Notes: generated by a model not told the origin, from the sequence alone. Positions 10,485 through 21,102 are shown, counted from the first letter of the stretch. The stretch is DNA of 64,000 bases from Terriglobia bacterium (GCA_020072565.1 JAIQGI010000010.1:64592-128591), one strand, 5' to 3'. Numbers and translations: made by a program.

Positions 10485-11303
10485 CTACAGTCTTCGAATG
10501 TTCATGCCTCCGCTGACCTCGATCACGGCGCCGGTCGAAAAATCGAACGCGCCGCCGGCAAGTGCGGCAACTGCTTTCGCCACATCTTCCGGAGATCCCC
10601 AGCGCTTCTGGGGAATCAGCCCCTCACTGATCAGCCGGTCATATTTCTCTCTGACAGGTGCTGTCATTGCGGTCAAGATAATTCCGGGACGAATCTCAAA
10701 AACGAGGATGTCATGGGCCGAAAGCCGATCGGCAAAAAGCTGCGCCGACATGCTCAGGCCTGCCTTTGATATGCAGTATTCCGCCCGGCTGAGAGATGAA
10801 ACCGCAGCAGAAACCGACGTGATGAAAATGATGCATGGAGGCCGTCTTGCAGGTGCAGCACGCGCGCCGATCATCAATCTGGCGATCCGTTGAGTGAAAA
10901 AGAAAGTTCCTCGCAGATTGGTTGCGAGCACCCGGTCGAAACTCTCAGGGGTCAGATCAAGGATATCGCATCGTGTCAGAGGCGCTACGCCTGCATTGTT
11001 CACCAGCAGATCGATCCTGCCCGTATGGTCCACGAGGGAACCGACCAGTTCATCATGGGCACCCAGATCCGCAATATCACCATGCAGACGCAAAAACCCT
11101 GCGCCACTTCGCTCCAGTTCTGTTTCCAGGCTCCGCAGCGTATCCGCATCGTCTTGATCCTGCCAGGCGACGTCGATTGCAGCGATGTCATAACCACTCC
11201 GCGCCAACTCGATGCCGATCGCTCTTCCGATGCCCCGCGCGCCGCCGGTAACGACGGCTACCGCTCTTGCTGCAATGCCCTTATCATGATTGGTTTCAGT
11301 CAT
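10485..11303 (-). CDS. Short-chain dehydrogenase/reductase (3-ketoacyl-ACP reductase-like subfamily, probably acting on sugars)
   Basis: TGGARGIG, NNAGV, catalytic YCISK, PGII.T. Confidence 0.92.
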   Translation of the reverse strand: MTETNHDKGIAARAVAVVTGGARGIGRAIGIELARSGYDIAAIDVAWQDQDDADTLRSLETELERSGAGFLRLHGDIADLGAHDELVGSLVDHTGRIDLLVNNAGVAPLTRCDILDLTPESFDRVLATNLRGTFFFTQRIARLMIGARAAPARRPPCIIFITSVSAAVSSLSRAEYCISKAGLSMSAQLFADRLSAHDILVFEIRPGIILTAMTAPVREKYDRLISEGLIPQKRWGSPEDVAKAVAALAGGAFDFSTGAVIEVSGGMNIRRL

Positions 11304-11306
11304 AGG

Positions 11307-13331
11307 CTACGACTCGGTTTCTTCAAATAGTTTTCCGTCCAGATAGTCCTTCCAGACATTTTCGAACCAATCGTTGACCTTCGGAATCGGCCGGACAGGA
11401 ACCCAACTTTTGTGAATCCGATAATCGGAATCGATCTCGAGTTCCAGGATGTGACGGCTCACGAACGCTTCGCTTTCGACCATTGAAAATCGCCAACTGT
11501 CGCCGATGTCCCCGCACGATAGCTCGCCGTCCCGGCCCAGTACCAGATACGAGCCGCGGCTCTTACCTCCCCGATCCAGATACTCGCCGATTGCTTCGAG
11601 ATACACAGCGTGCGTCAATGCGAGTTCAACCGTCCTGAATGCAAGCGGCACTTCCCTTCGATCATCAATTTGGGAGTTCGATTTGATTTCTTTAAAGGCA
11701 AGCCAGGCGTTCTCAATCGCACCTCGGATTTCATCGGGATTTCGCATCTGAGCGCCGTGTCGACTCATCCGCTGCCTGATCTCGTGGCCATATTCGGTGC
11801 ACGTGCGTTGACCCGCCTGCCTTGGAACGGACAACCATCGATTGATCCGCTCAAGCATGCCGGCAATCTGCGACTGTGCGTCCGAAACGAATTGCGGAAC
11901 ATCGGCCGGTGCAGATCGATATTTCCGCGCGATGTACATCGCTGCGCGCAGAGCACCGACCTGACCCGCATTCAACGCGGCGCCGCCGGGACGATAGACA
12001 CCGTGGGTACCATTGACTTCGCCGACGGGGAAAAGGTGGCTGATATTCGATTCCCACCAGTGATTGGCGCGCAGTCCTCCATTGTTGTGCTGAGCGCACA
12101 CGCCGATTTCCAGATACTCCCTGGCCAAATCGATGCCGTGGTCCCGATATAGATCTATTGCCCTCGGGTTCAAACGGGCAAGCCGTTCGATGGGTGTCGC
12201 TTGCAGGGCATGGGATCTTTTGAGATATTCCTTCGCCTCCGAAGAAACATCGGATAAGTCGAACTCGGCCAATGTTCCTCCGGGCGAGGGATTATGCCTG
12301 AAATCCAGGAAGGCCTTCCGCCCGCGCAGGATGGTTTCCTGATATACGGCAAGGTCGATGAGCGAGGAACCAAAGCCGGCGATCCTTCTCGGATCAAAGG
12401 GCCACTGATACCCTTTGCGGAATATCGCGCTCGCCATCGTTCCCATATCAGGGAAATGCTCAACCAGAAAATCGCATTCTCCTTTGCCGTCCATATCCGT
12501 GGACACATAGCGCGGTATCACCTGCTGGTATGAGCCGGACACATTCCATCGATGCTTGAGGGATGCCAAACCGAATTGAGACTCGGTAAGATTCTGGGCA
12601 ATCGCACCGATCTGGAGGGCAATCCCGATCGATCCGATCTGGTCCTCGGGGTATACCGACATTTCATACAGACCGCCGGGCCCTCCGGTGCCCAGAATGA
12701 CGTTCACCGCATTGAACAGGACCAGGCCGTAGCCGGGGCTCTCGAGTCCGTCGAGATCAAGAGCGACGGCCCCGATAACGCTCTTGCGCTTCTGGCCCTG
12801 TGCCACCAAAAGGGCGATTACCTGGTGCCGATCGAAAATCGGGATGCCATGATCCCTGACGCGCTTCGCCAACGCTTCGAACATATGACGGGAGGTGAGC
12901 GGACCGGCCGAGGTCGCACGTCCCCGGGGATCATGGTCGGTTCTGTATCCGGGATAGCCCCCGTAGCGGTCGTGAGGAAAAGGAACGCCTAACTGCACCA
13001 ATTCAAAGAACGCCTGAGCGGAATGTTGCGCTTCGCATAACGCGATATCGCCATGCATACAGCCGCCGGCGAAAAGGTCGCCGGCCATCTCCAGCGGAGA
13101 ATCCGGAGCTGAGCCAGACAGGGAGAGTTTGTAATAGGTCTGTTTGTCTGAACCCGAATTGTTTGATGTGCCGCCGCCCCATTTCTCCGTGACGATCGCC
13201 AGGGCATTCTGGCTCCGCTCCCACAGGCTGAGGGAAGCCTTGAGCGCGGCAGCACCGCTGCCGACCACCAGCGTGTTAACGGAAAATACCGGGAATTGAA
13301 TCCCTTGTATCAATACCGTACTCGCCCGCAT
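11307..13331 (-). CDS. Orphan FAD-binding oxidoreductase, SdhA/FrdA/NadB-like fold
   Basis: VVGSGAAA dinucleotide motif, GTGG, QHNNGGL, FPVGEV.GTHG..RPGG.AL. No SdhB/C/D genes nearby. Confidence 0.85.
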   Translation of the reverse strand: MRASTVLIQGIQFPVFSVNTLVVGSGAAALKASLSLWERSQNALAIVTEKWGGGTSNNSGSDKQTYYKLSLSGSAPDSPLEMAGDLFAGGCMHGDIALCEAQHSAQAFFELVQLGVPFPHDRYGGYPGYRTDHDPRGRATSAGPLTSRHMFEALAKRVRDHGIPIFDRHQVIALLVAQGQKRKSVIGAVALDLDGLESPGYGLVLFNAVNVILGTGGPGGLYEMSVYPEDQIGSIGIALQIGAIAQNLTESQFGLASLKHRWNVSGSYQQVIPRYVSTDMDGKGECDFLVEHFPDMGTMASAIFRKGYQWPFDPRRIAGFGSSLIDLAVYQETILRGRKAFLDFRHNPSPGGTLAEFDLSDVSSEAKEYLKRSHALQATPIERLARLNPRAIDLYRDHGIDLAREYLEIGVCAQHNNGGLRANHWWESNISHLFPVGEVNGTHGVYRPGGAALNAGQVGALRAAMYIARKYRSAPADVPQFVSDAQSQIAGMLERINRWLSVPRQAGQRTCTEYGHEIRQRMSRHGAQMRNPDEIRGAIENAWLAFKEIKSNSQIDDRREVPLAFRTVELALTHAVYLEAIGEYLDRGGKSRGSYLVLGRDGELSCGDIGDSWRFSMVESEAFVSRHILELEIDSDYRIHKSWVPVRPIPKVNDWFENVWKDYLDGKLFEETES

Positions 13332-13341
13332 CTGCCATTCC

Positions 13342-14673
13342 CTATTTCTTGATGTTTGCGTACGCCCCTTTATAGATCGTTCGATCGCGAATCACGCATC
13401 CGGCAACCTGATTGTTCCTCATCAAGTCGGTGCAGCAGGAGCATGTAATACAGCATTTGGCAGGATCGAGTTTCCCCAGATTCATCAGGTCGACCGCAGC
13501 GTCGGGATATGCAAATGAACTTCTTCCGAGACCGATGAACGATGCACCCCCTTGGGCGATAACCGCCGCACCGACATTGGGCCAAAACCGGCGCAGCCAC
13601 GAGTATCCGGTGCCGACCACAGGCAATGAGGGGTGAGCATCCTGGAAGACCGCCGCCAATTGGATCAAGGAACAGACGCTGCTGAGCGGATGTATATCAG
13701 GACATTTCGCACCTCTGGCTGGGCGCTCAAAAGGCCTCCCGATATGTGGAGAGAGGGCAGGAACGGAAGCCGTGATATTGAACAGGACACAGCCGGCATC
13801 AATCAACAATTGCTGTAATCGCAAGGGCTCCGCCAAATCCGGTTTCGCTTCTGCGCCCTGGTCCACTCCGAACCCGTAAGGATAAGGGATCCCGTCCGTC
13901 GCATTTAAACGCACGGCAAGATCAAGCCGCGGAACCGCTTCACGAATTCGCCTCACGATGTCCAGCAGCAAGCGAGTCCGGCCTTCAAACCCGCCTCCAT
14001 ACAAACTGTCCGTCCGGGTGAATGCTGAAAGCAACTCGTGCAGCAGATAGCCGTGGCACGCCTTGATATCCACCGCATTGAAACCGGCCTGATGAGCAAG
14101 AATCGCCGCAGCGATGAATTGGTCTCCGATTTCGACCAGTTCTGCGTCGCGGAAGAGCTCAACCTCGCCCCGCGATTTGTCCAAAAAAGGATTGTAGCAA
14201 GTCACCTTGGGTTTCGATCTGTTTTCCCGCCTGCTGAAACGACCAGAATGGGTAAGCTGCAGGACTAGATATGGTTCGTGGGAAGCGCCGAAACGTTTGC
14301 GAGCGGTATTTCTGGCCATTTCCACAAGCCGCAGATACTCAGTGCGTGTTTTCCCGGTCAGTGTCAATTGCCTGGGATTGGATCGTCCAGGATCGGAAAC
14401 ACTGCACGCCTCAAACCATATTAGGCCGCTTCCTCCCTCAGAATATCTGCGGTACCGGCGCCATGTCAGCTCCCCTGGAGCTCCGGCCGGCGTGCCGTCG
14501 AATCCTTCCATCGGCTGGACAGCAATACGGTTGGCAACCTTTTGATCACCGATATGGAATGCCGCAAACAGGGGTGCAATCGATTCCTGAAACGGAAGGG
14601 ATACGCCCAATTCCTGCGCCTTTTTCAGCAGTTCGACAGAATTATGATAGCGGAACGGTTCGTGCCTGCGCAT
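13342..14673 (-). CDS. NADH:flavin oxidoreductase (Old Yellow Enzyme-like) with C-terminal Cys cluster
   Basis: NRIAVQPMEG, LQLTHSGR, DIKACHGYLLHE, YGGGFEGR, and C-terminal CITCSCC...GC. Confidence 0.9.
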   Translation of the reverse strand: MRRHEPFRYHNSVELLKKAQELGVSLPFQESIAPLFAAFHIGDQKVANRIAVQPMEGFDGTPAGAPGELTWRRYRRYSEGGSGLIWFEACSVSDPGRSNPRQLTLTGKTRTEYLRLVEMARNTARKRFGASHEPYLVLQLTHSGRFSRRENRSKPKVTCYNPFLDKSRGEVELFRDAELVEIGDQFIAAAILAHQAGFNAVDIKACHGYLLHELLSAFTRTDSLYGGGFEGRTRLLLDIVRRIREAVPRLDLAVRLNATDGIPYPYGFGVDQGAEAKPDLAEPLRLQQLLIDAGCVLFNITASVPALSPHIGRPFERPARGAKCPDIHPLSSVCSLIQLAAVFQDAHPSLPVVGTGYSWLRRFWPNVGAAVIAQGGASFIGLGRSSFAYPDAAVDLMNLGKLDPAKCCITCSCCTDLMRNNQVAGCVIRDRTIYKGAYANIKK

Positions 14674-14691
14674 CGCTTCGCCTGGAATAAG

Positions 14692-15693
14692 TTATCCGAC
14701 TGAAGAAACAATCCTTCTCAAAGCTAGAATGTCACCTGCCATTCGCTGTTCGCACACATCAGGCCATCGGTCCCGCTCGACCATACAGCCTCCTGACATC
14801 GACTTCTCGGCGGTCAATTGCGACAATCTGATCAGCCGCGATAGTTCTGCGGCTGTCAAGTCAGGAAACTTGCTTAAGAAACTCGCATCAAAAATCGGCA
14901 ATAGAAAACTGCCGCCATGTCCTTCAACCGACAGATTCACGTCGGCTGACAGTGATCTCAGCAACTGCAGGATTGCCTGGAAATCAACTACGCCCAGGCC
15001 GGCCGGAACGGGAAATGAAAGCAGCCCTGCAGGGATCAACGAAATACCGCCATCCTTGATATGGGTGCAAACGACCCATGGAAGCAACCGGCGGGTCGCA
15101 CAAACAGGGTCTTCCAGCATGGTGAGGCAATTCATTGTATCCAGGCAGATACCCAACCACTCGCCCGGGAATGCCTCACACCTCTCAAACAATCGCACCA
15201 GCTCGAACGAGGTGAACTCGAAATGTGTTTCTATGGCGAGCACCACGTTATGATCAAGCAGCATCTGCTTCTGTGCGAGCAGCGCACCCGTCATCTCCTG
15301 CACCAGAGTTTCCGTCATCGGGCAATCGGGTTGCCACCTCATCAAGCCGCCGGAACAGGAGCGAATGACGCGGGTTCCCATCGTGGCCGCCTGTTCAGCA
15401 ATTTTGCGATTGGATTCGAGCAGCTCTTTCTTGTCCCAGTTGCTCATGTCCCGTGGGACATGTTGAGCGCCGCCCCATTCCAGGTACATGCCGTTCTCTC
15501 TGGCAAAGGAGGCGAGTTCCCGAAGATAAGTCCTGTCGGCCATTGCCTGAAAGCAGGGCTCCAAGCCGGAAAACTGTACACCCTCGGCTCCGTGGTCCAG
15601 TGCCCACTGCATTGTCTGCAGCGGATCCAGTCGCAGCGGATATAACCCGTAATTGTCAATGCCTATGCGGAACCGACTCACAATTCCTCTCAT
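14692..15693 (-). CDS. Sugar phosphate isomerase/epimerase (xylose-isomerase-like TIM barrel)
   Basis: Metal-ligand motifs AIETH, CLDTMN, THIKD, LSVE. Confidence 0.85.
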   Translation of the reverse strand: MRGIVSRFRIGIDNYGLYPLRLDPLQTMQWALDHGAEGVQFSGLEPCFQAMADRTYLRELASFARENGMYLEWGGAQHVPRDMSNWDKKELLESNRKIAEQAATMGTRVIRSCSGGLMRWQPDCPMTETLVQEMTGALLAQKQMLLDHNVVLAIETHFEFTSFELVRLFERCEAFPGEWLGICLDTMNCLTMLEDPVCATRRLLPWVVCTHIKDGGISLIPAGLLSFPVPAGLGVVDFQAILQLLRSLSADVNLSVEGHGGSFLLPIFDASFLSKFPDLTAAELSRLIRLSQLTAEKSMSGGCMVERDRWPDVCEQRMAGDILALRRIVSSVG

Positions 15694-15750
15694 CTTCCCT
15701 GCCGACCGGCAGTCGTTCGGGAACCGACTTCCCTTCCGCCATGGTACTCA

Positions 15751-17856
15751 TTATCTGATTGAAACCATTACCCACAACAAAACAATCACCAAGCCCACAA
15801 GCAGCCAGCACCCCCCGAATCCGACGTAATCGGACCACGCCGGTCTCAGAACCTCCCATTGTGACCCCGGGATCAGCTTTTCCTTTTCGAATCTAGCCGG
15901 ATGCGCATACGATTCCGCTACTACTTTCTCATCTTCCTCATGAGTCGGCTGTACCGGAGTGTGCAATCTGGCAAAGAACCGGTCGAGCACCACTCTTGGC
16001 GCAGGTCGGGTCAGGAATGAGATCAGGAACAGCAGCACAAAGGGGAAAAACGCATCAAAGAAAAATCGGACAGCCACCAGCTGTGATTTCCTGAAGCCCG
16101 AGAAATCGATGCCGAACCAGGAAAGAATCCAGATTTCCGCGTGAAAACGGCCCAACCCGACCTTAGCCGATTGCGGATTTTCCGGGTCTATCCTCGCCAC
16201 CCGCTCGAACAGGATACCCACGGGAGGAATCACATGATCTTTTTGTATTAATTGTCCTGTCGCCGCGGCGCGCCCTTCGCTCACATCCTGCGCCAGCGCC
16301 TGCACGGTTACCACCATCGATTGTTGTTTCGTTTCCTGCAGAAACGAACGGCTATATTTAATCGCGTCCACCTGCTGGAAGAGATTTGGTATGATCGCAT
16401 ATATCACGATACAGAGGGCCACTTGTATGATGACCGCCCACCTGGTCACGCGCCGCCAGAGAAATCCGAGCCAAATGGAAGCGCCGAAAATTGCCGGAAT
16501 TGAAATGATATATTGGAACAGCTCGAGCAGATTGTTCACGAGCAGCGCCACACCGATTCCACCCAGCAAGGAGGCGGCAATGACGATGCGGCCGACCCTC
16601 AGATAATGCCTGTCGGATTTGCCGGCATAGCGTGGTTTGTACAGGTTATTTGTGAAGAGCGCCGCGTATGAGACCGCGCCGGCGGCTAAGGCAGACATAT
16701 TGGCCGCAAGGACCCCCACCAGCATCAAGCCGATCGCCCCAGGTGCCAGCAGGTCTTTCGTCATATATCCCCAGATCATGTCCGGGTCATTCAGTTTCCC
16801 TGCGTACATCCCGACAGCCAGCAATCCGGCAAGTGCCCAGAACAGCATCAGGATGCGCTTGGCGAACATCCCGCCGATCATGCCGATGCGCGCAGTGTAC
16901 TCGTTCCTGGCCGATCCGGCGGTCTGCATCCCCGAAACCACGGCCACAATCGACACCAGGTTGGACAAAACCATCGCCAGCACGGTATACCAGGCATATT
17001 CGCTCAAGGTCGCCGAGCCGAACAGGTTGAACATGTAGTCTGGCACCTTCGCATGGAGCTGGGCGAAGCCGCCTATTCTTATTAATCCGACCGGGATCAA
17101 CATCACGGAGAATGTGATGATCAACATTCCCTGCACGGCATCAGTCAACGCAGCGGCACGGAAGCCTCCCAGCATGGTGTAGACGGCAACGACAATCGCA
17201 AACATGAAGTAGAAAAACACCGGACTGATATAGGATACGAACGATTTGAGTTCGCCTTTTTTGTTCTTCTCCCGCAATTCATTATATCGCGCTTGCCGCT
17301 CGTCGGATAATCCGTTCGCTTTCTGCGCTTCGAGCACCTGGAACTCTTCAAATTGTCGGATGCTGGCCTGCTCGGCCGGTGTGCATTCCTCGAACGGTTT
17401 CGGCGCCATCGCAACCATGGTCTTGCCCGCGACCATATAGCCGACACCGCTACCGACCAGCGAAAGCGCCAACATGAACACGGCATAACCTGCGCCGAGA
17501 AAACGACTGTTATAGCGTTCCGTGAAATAATCGCCAATCGTCGTCAACCGGACGCGACGGAAGAACAGCGTCGTGAACCAATAAAAGGGGGTGAGAAAGA
17601 GAACAAGAAACTGGATCCACATTCCGCCGATGCCCTGCCGGTAGATCTCGCGCGAGACCGCTACCGCCTGATCCGCATTGGTGGAGCATCCGAGATTGAG
17701 GAAAAACTGATAGAATTTGCCGAGATTGCGGCCGGCGAGATAAAATTCCCTTTCACTCCTGGTTTTTTTTGATACCCGCTTTCCCAGCCACACCATCACC
17801 ACGACGTATAGCGCGATGATGCTCAGATCGACGACATGAATGCCCCAAAGGTACAT
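15751..17856 (-). CDS. Sodium:solute symporter (SSS family)
   Basis: FYLAGR, YTMLGGFRAAALTDAVQG, LAANMS and more than 12 TM helices. Confidence 0.92.
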   Translation of the reverse strand: MYLWGIHVVDLSIIALYVVVMVWLGKRVSKKTRSEREFYLAGRNLGKFYQFFLNLGCSTNADQAVAVSREIYRQGIGGMWIQFLVLFLTPFYWFTTLFFRRVRLTTIGDYFTERYNSRFLGAGYAVFMLALSLVGSGVGYMVAGKTMVAMAPKPFEECTPAEQASIRQFEEFQVLEAQKANGLSDERQARYNELREKNKKGELKSFVSYISPVFFYFMFAIVVAVYTMLGGFRAAALTDAVQGMLIITFSVMLIPVGLIRIGGFAQLHAKVPDYMFNLFGSATLSEYAWYTVLAMVLSNLVSIVAVVSGMQTAGSARNEYTARIGMIGGMFAKRILMLFWALAGLLAVGMYAGKLNDPDMIWGYMTKDLLAPGAIGLMLVGVLAANMSALAAGAVSYAALFTNNLYKPRYAGKSDRHYLRVGRIVIAASLLGGIGVALLVNNLLELFQYIISIPAIFGASIWLGFLWRRVTRWAVIIQVALCIVIYAIIPNLFQQVDAIKYSRSFLQETKQQSMVVTVQALAQDVSEGRAAATGQLIQKDHVIPPVGILFERVARIDPENPQSAKVGLGRFHAEIWILSWFGIDFSGFRKSQLVAVRFFFDAFFPFVLLFLISFLTRPAPRVVLDRFFARLHTPVQPTHEEDEKVVAESYAHPARFEKEKLIPGSQWEVLRPAWSDYVGFGGCWLLVGLVIVLLWVMVSIR

Positions 17857-18049
17857 TTGCTGTGATCCTTATGCGTGCAGGCATTTCTATCTCGGGAGCG
17901 CTCGCGGCGCAAGGGAAATTCGGCCAGCGCTCGATTACGGGAAACTCATCCGGATCGATCAGGGAGTTGCCGGTGAGAGAAGAACATCGAACCAGCGTGC
18001 CCGCGCACCAGAATGCGCTATGCGAATCGTGGGTGACTCTGGACTCTCA

Positions 18050-19768
18050 TCACGCCAGAAACCAGAAATCCAGCGCGCCGCGATCGAGGTGGATGCGCGC
18101 CGGCTCAGGGCTGATGTCCTGGAGCATCTGGTCGCGGCGATATAACGGGCCCGGCCCTTCCGCGCCATAGTAGATCGGCACCTGGCATTGATCGGAGTCG
18201 GAGTAACCGGTCGCATCGCTATTTTCGAGCGGTTGCATCCTCACCACGGTGTCGCCCTTCCAGGTCACCCGATAGCGGTACTGCTTGAAACCGGGATTGC
18301 CGACAGTTGATTCCTCTTCGCGAATTTCCAGAGGGTAAGTGAGGGTGATCAGATCGGCAGCCGGCCGCCGGCCGAAATCGAGATAGTTGCCCCGAACATC
18401 GACCCCGAGACCTCCCCTGTCGGATTCAGCATGGATGTCGGCGGCGCCGGCAAAGTCGGGGACTCGGACGTGCACGCGGCAGTCTTGCTTGAGTCGGATG
18501 GTCAACTCGCCCCGGTAGGGCTGCAAACAGCGGATCTCGGCCTGGGGCAGCAGCTTGTCCAGGTGCATGTTCACGTAAAGGCAGTCGTCGAAGAAACGCG
18601 CCGCATTCTTCCAGACGATGAACAGGGCGTGGGTGCCCGAACCTCCGCAGCAGTTCTGGAAGGCCCGGACCTTATTCTTCAACTCGGGGCCGCCCCAATG
18701 GGCTTTGAGCGATTCCTGCGCAGCAAGGAAGTGGTTGGGTGAAGTCCAGCCCGCATAGCCGCCAAGCATGCGCCGGTCAATGTCGCGCCAGGTGAACTGA
18801 GCGGTATCGGGCTGCGACGGATCGGAGACCAGCCAGGAGCCATCGGCAAGCTGGCTCTCGATGAGATGGTTGCGGGCGGTGCGTTCGACGTCGCCCCAGT
18901 ACTCAGGATGGCCGTGGTTGGCAAGCGTGACGCCCAATCCGATGTAATCCATCAGGGCGCAGGTCTCGCAGGAGATCACGTCTCCGCGGCGTCCGACCAC
19001 CTCAGGCAGGAAACCAAACCGCGTCCCCAGGGACCGGACGTGGCGATACAGCTCATTGATACGATTCAGGAGCACCGCATCCCGCATGTAGATGGCGTAA
19101 TCAGCGGTGCCTAGCAGGGTGCGCAGGCTGCTGTGCATGTGTGCGCCCTGGCGGAGAGTGTTGCCAGGGAGGAACTCGGGTTTTTGAATGAATGTATCGC
19201 TCACGACCATGCCCGCCAGCTCCAGCGCTGCCGCCGGGGGGGCATACCGACCGGCGGCCATCAGACTCTTGAGGATGAAACCGTTGAGGTCGTCACGCTT
19301 GCCGGACCTTCTCTGCCCCAGCAGCGTCTCGACCATGGTGTGGATGCGTCGCTCCATCGCCGGCTCAGGCTGATCTGCGAATGCGGTCGCCAGGGCATAG
19401 AGCGTCAGCGCCTGGTCGCCGCTATCGGCCACGTGCTTCGAATAGTGGGTCTTGGGTCTGAAGAGCAGACCCGTGGCTGGATCGAGATAGGACTCCAGCT
19501 TCTCGCGCCACCTGGACTCGATACCCACCTGTTGTCCTGTCATACATCGGGCCATGATGGCGGCCTGGAATTGCCGGCTCATCACGTCGCCGAAGTCGGG
19601 CCAGTCGTGGGCGGCTTCGGCCGGTGTAGTCCAGAAGATGTTGAAATAAGGCTGCGCGTCTTTGTCAACCATCTCACAGAGATAGTTAAAACTGTGCCGA
19701 GCATACGTTTCCATTGCTACGGTTTGCGCAGCGGTGGCGGCTCTTCCTCCCTGGTTGCATCCTGCCAT
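18050..19768 (-). CDS. GH127/GH146-like cysteine glycosidase (beta-L-arabinofuranosidase-like)
   Basis: Zn/Cys motifs SCETC and FQNCCGGSG, ERTARN, QPYRG..VRVP. AAGGAGG RBS. Confidence 0.78.
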   Translation of the reverse strand: MAGCNQGGRAATAAQTVAMETYARHSFNYLCEMVDKDAQPYFNIFWTTPAEAAHDWPDFGDVMSRQFQAAIMARCMTGQQVGIESRWREKLESYLDPATGLLFRPKTHYSKHVADSGDQALTLYALATAFADQPEPAMERRIHTMVETLLGQRRSGKRDDLNGFILKSLMAAGRYAPPAAALELAGMVVSDTFIQKPEFLPGNTLRQGAHMHSSLRTLLGTADYAIYMRDAVLLNRINELYRHVRSLGTRFGFLPEVVGRRGDVISCETCALMDYIGLGVTLANHGHPEYWGDVERTARNHLIESQLADGSWLVSDPSQPDTAQFTWRDIDRRMLGGYAGWTSPNHFLAAQESLKAHWGGPELKNKVRAFQNCCGGSGTHALFIVWKNAARFFDDCLYVNMHLDKLLPQAEIRCLQPYRGELTIRLKQDCRVHVRVPDFAGAADIHAESDRGGLGVDVRGNYLDFGRRPAADLITLTYPLEIREEESTVGNPGFKQYRYRVTWKGDTVVRMQPLENSDATGYSDSDQCQVPIYYGAEGPGPLYRRDQMLQDISPEPARIHLDRGALDFWFLA

Positions 19769-19872
19769 TGGAAACCTCCTTCATCACACCCCCGGGCCGG
19801 GATGATTCCGGATGATTTCAGTCCCAACCGATGATATTCTGCCCGCACCAAGGAAAGCAAACTGCTATCAAT

Positions 19873-21102
19873 ATGCCAGGAGAAGACGCTGAGCCCGTAA
19901 CCGTTCTGATGGTCGCCATTGGCGGCTACGGATTCCATTATCTGAAGACTCTGCTCGATGAGCTGCCGCCCTCGCGTTGCCGACTAGCGGGTGTTGTGGA
20001 CCCGATGGCAGAGCGCTCGCTGCTGTGGCCGGTTGTGAGCCACTTTGGCATTCCGGCCTGTTCGTCCATCGACGAGTTCTATGAGGAAGGCCACCACGCC
20101 GATCTGGCCGTGATCTCCTCGCCGATTCACTGGCATGTGCCGCAGAGCCTCGTTGCGCTGTCTCGCGGGTCTTCGGTCCTCTGCGACAAGCCGCTGGGAG
20201 CGACGATCCAGGAGGCCCGGGAACTCGTCGAGGGCAGGGACCACTCCGGCCGCTGGGTCATGATCGGCTACCAGTGGTCGTACTCCAGAGCGATACTCGC
20301 ACTCAAGCGCGACATCCTGGCCGGCCTCTTCGGGTGCCCCAGGCGGCTCTCGACGCTCTGTTGCTGGCCCCGGGACTCGGGTTACTACGGCCGCAACGAC
20401 TGGGCCGGCCGTCTCCTGGATCAGCCTACGGGACGCTGGGTGCTCGATAGCCCCGCGAACAACGCGATGGCGCATTTCCTTCACAATCTCCTCTTCGTCC
20501 TTGGGTCTGAAATGCACCTGAGCGCGCAGCCGCGATCGGTGCAGGCCGAGATGTACCGGGCCAATTCGATCGAGAGTGCCGACACGGCTGCGTGCCGGGT
20601 GCTGACCGAGAATGGCACCGAGCTGCTGTTTTACGCATCCCACGCGACTGAGCGGGCCATTGACCCGCGTTTCCACTTTGAGTTCGAGGAGGCGGTTATC
20701 ACCTGCGGCGAGGAGGGGGGTGAGATCGTGGCTCTGGACCGCAAGGGAAACCTCAAGTCCTACGGCGCGCCGGATGACACATCGCAGTTCCGGAAACTGG
20801 TCGCCGCCATTGACTACGTGAGGGGTGAGGGCACGATCGCCTGCGGCCCCGAGGCCGCCATGGCGCAGACGCTCTGCGTCAACGGCATGCATGACTCGGT
20901 GTTTGAAATTCCATCGTTCCCGGTTATGCAGGTGCGCCGGGAGGGGGCGCCCGGGCGCATGATCGTCGCCGGCCTCGACGACACCCTCCTGTGTTGCTAT
21001 CGCCAGGGGAAGCTTCCCCGCGAAACCGGTGTCGCGTGGGCGGTCGCAGGCCGGTCGGTCAGTCTCTCCGATTACCGCTGTTTCCCGGGTGGAGCATCAT
21101 GA
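19873..21102 (+). CDS. Gfo/Idh/MocA family NAD(P)-dependent oxidoreductase
   Basis: AIGGYG, SSPIHWH, CDKP, IGYQW, NNAMAH motifs. Confidence 0.9.
   Translation: MPGEDAEPVTVLMVAIGGYGFHYLKTLLDELPPSRCRLAGVVDPMAERSLLWPVVSHFGIPACSSIDEFYEEGHHADLAVISSPIHWHVPQSLVALSRGSSVLCDKPLGATIQEARELVEGRDHSGRWVMIGYQWSYSRAILALKRDILAGLFGCPRRLSTLCCWPRDSGYYGRNDWAGRLLDQPTGRWVLDSPANNAMAHFLHNLLFVLGSEMHLSAQPRSVQAEMYRANSIESADTAACRVLTENGTELLFYASHATERAIDPRFHFEFEEAVITCGEEGGEIVALDRKGNLKSYGAPDDTSQFRKLVAAIDYVRGEGTIACGPEAAMAQTLCVNGMHDSVFEIPSFPVMQVRREGAPGRMIVAGLDDTLLCCYRQGKLPRETGVAWAVAGRSVSLSDYRCFPGGAS

Noticed and set aside
11307..13331. Succinate dehydrogenase sdhA
   Set aside because: No covalent-FAD His motif and no sdhB/C/D genes.
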